Assembly: GCA_025558095.1 (NCBI GenBank)
Contig: JAIVFI010000010.1
Span: 620,001 to 684,000, forward strand
Source of the DNA: Hyaloraphidium curvatum SAG 235-1
Taxonomy: Eukaryota > Fungi > Monoblepharomycota
Direction: 5' to 3'
Length of the DNA stretch: 64,000 nt
Under the pieces are notes generated by a model that worked only from the letters and a program-made list of their open reading frames with translations, was not told the DNA's origin and did not search any database. Position numbers and translations under genes: made by a program. Numbering within the stretch: the first letter of the stretch is position 1; each line of letters opens with the position of its first letter. This document shows, one piece after another, positions 11,885 through 21,820 of the stretch.

Positions 11885-13147
11885 ATGGCGACGCGTCCGT
11901 CGCTGCAGCCCGGCGATGCCGCGCCCGCCTTCGACGTGTCCGAAGAGTACTTTGTGCAGGGTGGTCCGGCCCAGCCCGACGGGGCGATTCCGGTCACCCT
12001 CGTCGAGTGCTGGGCGACGTGGTGCGGCCCCTGCCGACAGACCATCCCGCACGTCGAAGAACTGCACCGCCAGTTTGCTCCCGAGGACCTGCGGGTGGTC
12101 GGCGTCGCGGTGTGGGAACGTGGTTCTCCGGAGGAAATCAGGGACAATGTGGAGCGCTTCGTGCGCGAAATGGGGGACAAAATGACTTTTCCTGTCTGCG
12201 TCGACCCGCCCTCGCCGATGGGCAAGGCGATATCGGGTCCTTCCGGTGGAAGACCGCGCTCGGGACGCGTGACGTCGGCATTCCTTGATGCCGCGGGACA
12301 AAACGGCATCCCAACGTGTTTCGTCGTTGGGCGTGACGGACGGGTAGCGTGGATCGGCCATCCGATGGCGGTCGACAGCGTGCTCCGACAATGCGTTGAT
12401 GGCACGTTTGACGTGGAAAAGGCCGCGAAGGACCACGCCGAGGCGTGGGACCGCAAGCAGCGCGTGGGCAAAATCAAGGCGGCGTTTGACAAGGCAGTCT
12501 GGGACAAGGACTACGGTACCGCCGAGCTGCGCGCCAAGGAGATGGTGGACGTGGATCCCAGGAACGGCATCCCCATTCTGGTGCAGCTCTACCGGGGCTC
12601 GATGAAGGCGGAGCCGGCAAAGACAGTCGCCTTCCTTGACTCGGTGCTGGCAAATCCGGACATTCCCGCCTCGCAGAAGCAACGCGCTGCGTTGACCAAG
12701 CTGGATGTACTTCTCAAAGACAGCAAGGATCCCGGCGCTGCCTCGTCTTTCGGCTCCGACCTGCTCGCTTACCTGGAGCCAAGCGGCGACGGCGACGCAA
12801 CAAACTCTGCGTCGCTCCTTTCTGCTCTTTCCCACGCCATCGTCGGCGGTTTCCTGGCTTTGCAAGCACCGGGCGCCGTTTCCGCGGACGCTCGTGCGGC
12901 TTTCACGGGGGTCGCCGCCCGGGCCGCGCGGCGCGCCGCGGACCTCGGCGGGCGGGGCTTCACCAACCTCGACACCTTGGCCGAAGCACTCTGGGCTTCG
13001 CAAGGAAAGCAGGAGAGGGAAGAGGCTGTCGCAGTGCTGGGGGAGGCGCTGAAGGCGCCGGACTCGCCGGGGGGGATGGCGGTCAGGAGGGTCGAGGCCA
13101 AGATTGAAGCGTGGGAGAAGGAGCTCTCGTCCGGTGCGGATGCTTGA
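11885..13147 (+). CDS. TlpA/redoxin-family thioredoxin-like protein with a helical (TPR-like) C-terminal region
   Basis: VECWATWCGPC, GIPTCFVVGRDGRVAWIGHPM and LDTLAEAL. Intronless. Confidence 0.88.
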   Translation: MATRPSLQPGDAAPAFDVSEEYFVQGGPAQPDGAIPVTLVECWATWCGPCRQTIPHVEELHRQFAPEDLRVVGVAVWERGSPEEIRDNVERFVREMGDKMTFPVCVDPPSPMGKAISGPSGGRPRSGRVTSAFLDAAGQNGIPTCFVVGRDGRVAWIGHPMAVDSVLRQCVDGTFDVEKAAKDHAEAWDRKQRVGKIKAAFDKAVWDKDYGTAELRAKEMVDVDPRNGIPILVQLYRGSMKAEPAKTVAFLDSVLANPDIPASQKQRAALTKLDVLLKDSKDPGAASSFGSDLLAYLEPSGDGDATNSASLLSALSHAIVGGFLALQAPGAVSADARAAFTGVAARAARRAADLGGRGFTNLDTLAEALWASQGKQEREEAVAVLGEALKAPDSPGGMAVRRVEAKIEAWEKELSSGADA

Positions 13148-13201
13148 CGTGCAGAAGAAGCAATGTGTGATTGCAGAGAGAGAACATCCCTTGGAAAAGA
13201 G

Positions 13202-13337
13202 CAACTACGAACCACTTCCTCCCCTTCTTCCCCTTCTCCCTTCTCTTTTTCTTTCTCCCCCCCCCTCCCCCCCCCCCCTCTTTCCCCTTCCCCCTCTTCT
13301 TCTCTTCCCCCCCTCTTTTCAAACCAACTACGAACCA
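13202..13337. repeat. Pure pyrimidine tract (13215-13320) flanked by a 13 bp direct repeat CAACTACGAACCA
   Basis: Repeat copies at 13202-13214 and 13325-13337. Only C and T occur from 13215 to 13320. Confidence 0.9.
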
Positions 13338-13340
13338 GCT

Positions 13341-16136
13341 TCATATGCACATCGCAAGCTCGCCCTCCAGCTGGTCGGCGAGCTTCCCCGCCGCGGCAAT
13401 ATTGTGCTGAACCCCGCGCAGCGACCTGATGTGGTATCCCACGTCCCTCCGAGTCCCTGCGACCAGTTCCTCCACCCCGTGCGCCCTGCTCGCCCGGAGC
13501 CCCCGCACCAGCTCCAGCAGCACCAGCGCCGAGCCGTGCACGCCCACCACCACGAGCCCCTTCATGTAGTCGAGCGCCTCGGGGTTGCGTATGTACAGCT
13601 TCTTGAGCACCTGCGCCATGGTCCGCGCGTCGTCGACGCACCGCAGGAACTGCTCCGAGCCGACCCAGCGCCTGCGCGTCTCCTCCTCCCGCGGCTCCAT
13701 CGGCGCGCCGCTCCGCGGGAGCCGGTCCGGTGAATGCAGGGACATGCGCGCCATCAGGAAAACGATGAGGACGCCGGGGACGACCTCGGAGTACTCGCTG
13801 TCGTCCGACGCCATCGCGTCCCACGCGGCGCCCGAGACCAGCTCGGGCGGCAGCGCCGCCCAGAACTCGTCCGCGGCCCGCTCCGCCGCCAGCCACTCCC
13901 CCGCCAGGCTGGGCGGGAAGTTGGGGCAGAAGGGTCCCCCGGTCTCGTGCTGCCGCAGCCTCTGCTTCACGGCCAGCACGCGCGACACGATCCCGAACGC
14001 CTGCGCCATGAGCACGAGGTTGCCCTGCGCGGCGAGGGAGGCGGTGCTCGCGACCGTGGATCGGAGCACGAGCTCGCGCGAGGCGGGCTCGAAATCGGGC
14101 CAGCCCATGCCGATCCGCGAGGGGAGCGTCAGGTGGCTCTGGTCCGTGGTGCTGGGGGCGTCCAGGGCGAGTCCGCCGCCATTGTGGGCGGCGATGGCGG
14201 CCGACTGCTGGTTCAACGTCCGGAAATCGCGTTCCGTGAGCGGCAGGTTGACTTGCGACTCGGTGACGCCAACGAGGGGAGTGGTGTTGGTAGATAGCGA
14301 CCACGCGCTGATAAGGTTGAACAAGATCAACTCTGCCTCAACCCTTCGGCTTTATCCGACCCACCAAGCGCAGTAAAACGTAACGAACCACGTCCTCCTC
14401 CTGATCTCCTCGTCCAGGGGCGTCATGGACGACAGCGCGGCCACCGCGTCCCGCGGCGCGTGCAGCCTCTCCAGCTCCTCCGCCTCTTCCGTCCCCGCGC
14501 CTTCCACCGCCACCCCGAATCCCCCGAACGGGTCCGATGCCAAGGGCGGGAAGAGCGACGTCCCGGCCTGCCTCTTCCGCGCCTGCGTCCGCGCGTCCCT
14601 GAGCAGGTCCCGCACCTCGCGGTTCATGCCCGCCTGCCGCGCCACCATGACCGCCAGGGTGATGTACCGGCTCCCCAGCGTGCTCGATCCGGCCCAGGCG
14701 GCGTAGTTCATGAGCAGGATGAGGGTCTGCACCACCGCCACCGTCTCTTGGGGGAGGAGCGAGGGCAGGCGGAGCATGGTGGGCTCGAGGGTGGCCTTGG
14801 CGTGCTCGTAAAAGTGCAGCGAGGCGGTGCGGGGCCGGTCCGCGATGTCGCGCTGGGAGGCGAAGCGGGCGGCGTTGGCGAACATGGCGAACTGGAGGTA
14901 GGGAGGCTGCTGCCGGAAGGTGCGGAGGAAGGTCGGCTTGTGGAGGACTGGATGTGTGGAGTTGGGGCCAACAACGTGAGAAGGCGAACATGAGGTGATC
15001 AGCCGACCGAGCAACGACTCACAGGGGAAGGACATGTGGTAGGTTTTCCGGAAGAAGGCGTGGATCATCTCCTTGGCCGCCTCGTCCGAGGGCCTCATGA
15101 GCGATCCGTCGACGCCGTAGGGCGACAGCCCCATCGGCACCTCAAAAGCCGGCCTGCCCAGCGAAAACTGCGAGTCCAGCACGGATATCGGGCTGCGCTC
15201 GTTCTCCGAGGCCGTCCCGCCGGCGGGGCTCGCCTCGGCCTTGCGCTTCCGCGCCGCGGCCGAGCCCGAGGGCGGCCCTGGCTTCTTACGGACCCGCGTC
15301 CTCTGGCACTCCAGCTCGAGCTTGATGCACCTGGCGCACGGGGACTGCCCGTCGCAGGCGGCCTTGCGCTGGAAGCACTGGTCGCACGCGTTGGCGACCC
15401 GCTTCCGCACCGGGCGCTCCGGCTCCGCCGCGGCATTGTCGGGCGAGCCGCCCGACTTGGGACCGTCCCCCCCGCTGACGTCGCTGTAGGTGAAGGACGG
15501 GGTGCGCGTGGGCACCTCCGTCACGGCGAGGTTGCGGCCGCCGAATGCCGAGGAGGCGGGGAAGGCGCCCCCGTGCACGGCGGGGCCGGCCATCGCGGCG
15601 GGCCCGAAGCAGTAGGGGTCGAAATTGGGGTACACGACGCCGACGGGCGACGCGGCGGGCAGGTTGATTGTAAGGTTGAGCTTGCCGCATGCGACGGGTA
15701 CCTGTGCGCCGAGTTCTCCGCGCCCCTCCCACTCGCCCGCAAGGATTCCATTCCGCGCCATGCTCCCGTTCCCACTATCCGGGGGCGGCAGGAAGGCGTC
15801 CATCCCGGCGGATCCCGCGTGCCCGCCAAAGTCAAAGTCCAGCTCTTCGTACGCTCCCTGCGGAGGGGCCACCCGGGGCGGCGGGCCGGGCATGTCGGGG
15901 AAGAGGTTGTGCGGGAGGCGCGGGGCGTGGGACGGGCGGGGCACGAAGGTGGCCGGAGGATGCTGCGCGCGGGGTGCCGGTCCGTCCACCGGCCCGTCCG
16001 CGGGTCCCGCCATGAAGAATCCGAGCGGCGGCGGCGCGGAGGCGGGAACCGCGCCGGGCACCGCTCCAGGGCCCGCGCCCGGGACGCCGGGGCCCCGCGG
16101 CCGTCCGCCCGCCGAATGCCCCGCCCCACTCTCCAT
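13341..16136 (-). CDS. Zn(II)2Cys6 transcription factor with fungal-specific TF domain
   Basis: ACDQCFQRKAACDGQSPCARCIKLELEC, PVLHKPTF and EEIRRRTWF. Introns near 14950-15020 and 14310-14365. Confidence 0.92.
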
Positions 16137-16336
16137 CGTCAGGGCGTCAGCACGGCGGGCTCCTCGCTCCGAAACCGGGCAGGTGGCGGCGGGGCGCTTG
16201 CATCCTCGAGGGAACCACCTCACCCCCCAACTGGCTGACGATCCGATTTACGGCACCTCGCACCATCGGGCGCAACCATACATACATCTTCAAGCACAGA
16301 TGCAACGCCGTTCGTGCATCGACACGCATCAATCAT

Positions 16337-17649
16337 CTACTCCTGCTTGCCATCCAGCGGGTCGGGCGTCTTGCCCGTGCCGTCGCCGTACGTCCCGAAC
16401 AGCCAATCCAGGGGAACGAGGTTCTCCCCGTAGTTGATCTCGAATCTGTAATCGGCGATGCCGTCAGCAGTGCACTGCATATCCCCGGGGGGCAAACGCA
16501 CTTGTCGTGGTGCAGCCAGTGCGGGAAGCTGCCCTTGCCCTCCACGGGCCCGAACCCGTCGTGCCCCAGCAGCGCGCCGACGTCCTCGTCCACCAGGCAG
16601 TACAGGAACCCGGGCATCGGGTGCGCCCCGAACAGCACGGGCACCAGCGCCGCGGAAAAGTACAGCGCCGACTCGACGGGGTGCATCCGCAGGGCCGACA
16701 TCTGTTTGACGCAGAGCAGTCAGTCCAGCGTAGATGACCCCCCCAAGGGAGACGGCAGCTTTTCTAATTCTAAAGTCCTACTTATGCTTTATACTCACCG
16801 CGGTGGGGTTGTACGCCTTGTGGTGGAGCGAGTGCACGTGCCGGTAGAGGAAGCGGCCCAGGTCGGGCACGGTCTTGGTGCGCCAGGGGTGGATGAGGCG
16901 GTGGATGCAGTCTGCCGGGCGCGCGCGCGGATCGGGCGACGTCAGCATCCACCGGGCACGACCGACCCCCATGCAGACCCACAGAAGTGCGCGATCCGCC
17001 AGTAGGGCATCGAAAGCACCCACAACCACCCTGCCACCGTACCCAGCCCATTCCCGGGGTAGGCCGCCCTGCCTTTGGGCCCCCACACGCGGACCCAGCA
17101 CCACATCTCGATGACCGCCATGACCAGCACCGAGCACCCGGTCCAGAAGGCATCGGCCGCGAAGCGTTGGGAGTAGGTGCGGTTGTATTTGGTCGCCGCC
17201 AGCCGGTCCCGCTTCAGGCGGTGGAACAGAAAGTCCCAAGGCACAGCAATTCCGAAAGTGATCAGCGCATCGCGCAGGAGGATCCGCAGAAAGAGGGCGC
17301 GGCGGTCGCCGACGGCGTCGCGGAAGTTTGCGTCGGCCTCGACGTGCCAGGCGAGCGCCGAGATCCACAGGCGCGGCAGAACGGCGCCGACCGTGAGGAA
17401 ATGGTCTCGCCAATCGTCGGCGATGGGTTTGATGTCCACGCGGAAGGGAACGCCGGCGTCGGGCGGCGGCGGGCGGAAGAAGATGGTGAAGAGCGACGAG
17501 AGGGGCCAGAGCGCGTTGTAGAGGAACGAGAGGAGCACGGGCGGGTCGGCCGGCCGCGGGACGCCCTCCGCCTTGCCTGCGATGCTGGGAACGGCATCGG
17601 GTGCTGCCGCACTGCCGGCTGCCGCGGCCGCACGGCGGGTTGTGACCAT
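16337..17649 (-). CDS. Fatty acid hydroxylase / sterol desaturase family protein
   Basis: His boxes HRLIH, HSLHH and HWLHH, plus MHPVE and NYG...DWLFGT after splicing. TM segments. Three introns. Confidence 0.88.
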
Positions 17650-17927
17650 CGTCGGGAGACGGCGTGCAGTCAACGATGACCTGCTCGATCGACTCACTCA
17701 CGCTACCCGTCCGCCGCGTCCTCCCGACGAGCCGATCGCATCACCGGAAAACTCGATCGGAGCCGGAATTGGGCGAAATTGCTCTCGATCGTAATCAGGG
17801 TGTGCGCCGAATGGTCGATCGCTGGACCGGATGCAAATGCGGGCATGCAGCCCGTGCCTTCGCAGCTCAGACCCAGATAACCTTTTATACAGGCACTATT
17901 AGACGGTCGATACTCGAAAGAGAGCAT

Positions 17928-19355
17928 CTATACGAGCAAGGCCATGAGGATGTCCCCGACAATGTCCGCGCCGACGTCCGCCGCCACCTCTACTTCCGCC
18001 GCATCCATCTGCGACTCGACCGCGGCATCGAATACTAGCCCGCCCCCGTCGAGCGCAACGCCCATCTCGGCGTATGCAGACGCCTCGAGCACGCCTTCCG
18101 TCTCGGCCGACCACTCCAGCGACACCGACAGGTCCTCCTCCCCATCCACCAGCAGGTCCTCCTCGACGAGCCTCCCCTGCTCCAGCGCCGCCACGACGTC
18201 CGTGGGCTCCAGCAGCCCGTCGGCGTCGCCCATCTCCAGCTGCAGCGCAGCCCGGATCGGAGCCATGATCGCGTTGGCGGCCTCCTGCACAATGGCGCCC
18301 AGCAGCTCCGCCGCCGAACCCAGCGCTTCCTCGGCGTAGGGGGAGAGCACGGCGCCGGCAGGGCCGACCCATGCGGAGCTGTACCATCCGCTCGGGGTCG
18401 ACGAGGCCGTTTCGCAGGAGGGGTTGTGGAGGGCAGGGAGCCCGGAGGTGCAGTTGAAGGCTACGGTGATGTTGGTCTGGTTGATGCCCTGCACGGTCGC
18501 CAGGTTGTTCTGCAGCACTGCGAGGGGGGCGTTGCCGCCGGGGTACGACGACAGGTTCTGCGCGGCGACCTGGCTCGGGAGATTGGCGTCCGGCAGCGGG
18601 CCCGACGATGCGCACTGCTGGCTCATGGCGTAGAGCGGCGAGACCCACGGCGAGAGCGGCTTGTTCCCCGTCTCGTTCCAAGCCGTGTAGGCCGCGAGGT
18701 AGGGAACGTACGGCGGGCTACCGTTGCCGCCGCTCTCGCTCCAGCTCACCAAGCCGGCGTCGTTGACCTGCCACGACTGGGCGCGCTGCATGGTGTTGGT
18801 CCAGTAGCCGGGGTAGCCGTTGGAGAGGCCGTTGACGCACGACTTGAAGCCGCCGCCACAGTACGGTCCGGGGGCCATGAACCACCACCGCGCCGCCCCG
18901 GTGCCACCGCAGCAGCCCGATCCGTATGGGGCCTGCACCTGGTAGTAGTACTCGCCGCCGAGGACGGGTACCTGCTGCTTGGTCCACGAGATGCCCGAGT
19001 ATCCGGCGTTGCTCCCGTTGAGCGCGTTGACGTAGAAGTTGCCGCCCGAGTCGAAAGCGGGGCCGACGATGTCGTAGCAGCCCATGGAGGACAGCACGAA
19101 CACGAACGAGTTGGCGCCGTTGCCCTTGAACTGCAGAGTCTCGCGGGCGAGATTCACCACTCTGTGGGACGCCGACGGGGGCGGCGAGGCCAGCGGACGA
19201 TCAATTCTGCAGCGGCGACGGCCAGTCTGTGCAGCTCACCGGATGACCATGCTCCCGGTGTTGTCGGCGTGCGTCCCAGGGATGCAGACGAGCGCGGCGA
19301 GGACCAGCGCGGCGGCACGCGCCGTCGCCGTCGGTCTTCTCGTTCCTAAGGGCAT
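17928..19355 (-). CDS. Putative secreted protein of unknown function with a very acidic C-terminal domain
   Basis: Signal-like AAALVLAALVCIPGTHA is spliced onto ORF 17928..19160. The core is rich in Gly/Trp/Tyr/Cys. Confidence 0.7.
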
Positions 19356-19567
19356 CGTGCGCGTTCCAACTGTTGCGTGCTGGATAGCAATTCTTCGTGG
19401 CGCTGGCGAGCAGCCTCATTCGAGGGTCGAGGCGGGAAAAATTCGAGGGTCGGCGGACCGCTCCAGAAACAAATCGGGGCCGATATGCCCCCAAAATGCC
19501 CCTGTGGCCGGAAGTGCTCCTTGGAATCGTGACGCATAGCGACCGACATCCTCTTCCTGCGCGCACA

Positions 19568-20463
19568 ATGTTGGCGAGCGGGAGCTTCCGACTCGCATTC
19601 CCGTCCGCGCTGCTGCTTCTCGCACTCTCGTGGCCCTCCGGCGCGGCGGCGGACGACCGGCGCTGCCTACAATCGTGCTGCGATAGTGCCTACTTCGTTG
19701 CCGCGAGGACCGCCGCCGGCGGTGTCGGGTGCCTCGGACCGGCGGAGGGGACTTGCTCCTGGGTAAGCATCCTGTGCGCCGCGACAGGACACTGCAGCTC
19801 TTTACTGCGAAGTGCCTAGTAGGCAGCCTGACCCCATCTCCGTTCACAGTTCACCGACGCCAATTGCAGCACGACACTCTCTGGCACGCCGCCTGGCAGC
19901 CCACTGCGGCCCGCGGTTGCGTGCCCGGCGATCCCCACTCCCGAGGCGTCGGACTGGTGCGCGGAGGCGATCCGTGTCGTCGTCGGCGGGCGGGAGCCGA
20001 CAGTTTGCGACGGGTTGGGCAGCTGCCCAGAGTTGCCGACAGGGGGATGGAACTACGGGGCGGCTGACTTCCAGTGGTGCGTCCTGGGCGAGGAACGGGC
20101 TGGAAGAACGCCTCGTGACGACTCGATTCGGCCCGCAGCATAAACTTCCCAAGCGCAACGTCGCCGATGTGGACGCCCGTCAAGCTCGTCCCCGGCGCGG
20201 CACCGGGCTCGCTGGTCCCCGCCTGCATGTCGGCCGACTCCTCGGCCTGCATCAAGACCTCGTTGGCCGGATGCGAGCACCTCGCGCTGCGTGGATCGGC
20301 AATCGGAACTGTGCCGTACGTCGCGTGCACGGAGGAGTACGCGGTTGCGGTCAAGATGCGGCGAGATGGCAAATCGTGGTGCCGGCGGGCGAGGTCGACG
20401 CTCCGGTTCCACATGTACCTGGATCCGGCGCTGGCGGGGATGGCTGGCGTCAAGGCGCAATGA
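19568..20463 (+). CDS. Small secreted cysteine-rich protein
   Basis: Signal peptide ALLLLALSWPSGAAA. Two introns (gtaagc..cag and gtgcgt..cag) join Cys-rich exons in frame into ORF 20167..20463. Confidence 0.65.
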
Positions 20464-20534
20464 ACTGATGAGCACGTCGTTGTATCCGATTAAATATGCA
20501 TGATGGAGGCGAAGTAACAACGATCCAGACGAAA

Positions 20535-21521
20535 TCACAGAGACTTCCAGAATTCGGCCAGAGCTCTGGCCCCCGCGGCCGGATCCCTGTTCTCAAGCAT
20601 CCACCAGTGGTCGAGCCCTGGCAGCTCGGCCACCTTGGCGTTGAGCTTTGCGGCCATCTCCTTCGCCATCTCCACTGTTCCGGTAAAGTGGTCTTCATGA
20701 GGGATTATTACTAAGCCGGGTTTCTTGAGGGTCTTTGCCTCGCACGCCTTGCCGAGCTCGATCATCTTGGGCTGGGCCACCGAACGATAGCTTCGCGCAA
20801 GGGGCATCTCGGTGAGCTCTTCAAAGCAAGCCAATTCATAGATGCCACCCACGCCGCGAGCAAGCACTCCCCCATCACGTCGGTCATCGCGTCTGCAAAA
20901 TTGTGGGCGATCTCACCCTTAATGTTGAAGCCCTCCAGACGTTTCAAGCGGGTCTCGTACGGCGCCCCGGCACCGTGCTCCTTCATATATATCTCGCCCT
21001 CGGGGGGTTCGGCCTGATAGATTTGCGCCGCCTTATGCCACCTTCACGGCGTGTGAGAACAAAGAGACAACACAGGAAGCACGGCCGGACACGCACACGT
21101 AGTCGGGGTGAATAATGCCGGCGCAGTCCGCCGCCCAGGACGCCACGAGCTCCGGGGCCTGTGCTACGACCTGGTAAACGTCAGCAGCTCCCCCTGACAG
21201 GCCAAAAGAGAGAAGGAGTGGCAAGAGCAGAGTAGGCGATCATCTTTCGTCGAATCGGTCGGGAGACATCGCCAACCCACAGTCGTGCCCGACGAGGTGC
21301 ACCGGCGTGCCATCCTTGCCGAGCTCCTTGAGCTTCTCCGCCAAATGCTCATAGTACCCCTGTGCCGTCGCCTTGAAGCCCTCTGGCACGGGCTGAATGT
21401 CGTGGCCCGGGCGCGGAATCGCATGGGTGTCAGTAATGCCGAGCTTGGCCAGCTCCGCCCTCAGCGCATCCCAAAGCGCCGTGGTCTCGGGGTTCCCGGC
21501 AATGAAGGCAACGCGGACCAT
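20535..21521 (-). CDS. Alpha/beta hydrolase (GHDWG, epoxide hydrolase/dehalogenase-type nucleophile)
   Basis: AGNPETTALWD, VHLVGHDWG (the W codon is split by an intron), SWAAD and LPGLDHWWMLE. Confidence 0.85.
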
Positions 21522-21744
21522 CGCGAACGGAAAACCTCGGAGCTCTCGGAGTCAGTTTCGGAAGATTCCAAAGTCAGTCCCTTCTGGGATGCGACGTCCT
21601 CGCTGTCTCCCAAACACGGGTGGGACAACCACGGACCTGCAAAGCAAGGTTTCAAGTGGGAGCCGGTGGAGAATGTGCATTCTTCGGCGAGATTCGTGCT
21701 TCGGCGCCTGATAGCACTACGTGCGATCGAGTGATCGGCCCGCC

Positions 21745-21820
21745 GGCTGGTCCGAGGGCCACAGCAACTGAGTCTCGCGGCTCGGGGGCGCTGCTCCACC
21801 GCTGGAGCGACAAAAGCCGG
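21745..21820 (+). ncRNA. Speculative Y RNA-like element or Ro-binding site
   Basis: Starts GGCTGGTCCGA (the 5' end of human Y1/Y3/Y4). Possible partner strand CGAC-AAA-AGCC at 21808-21818. No oligo-T terminator. Confidence 0.2.
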
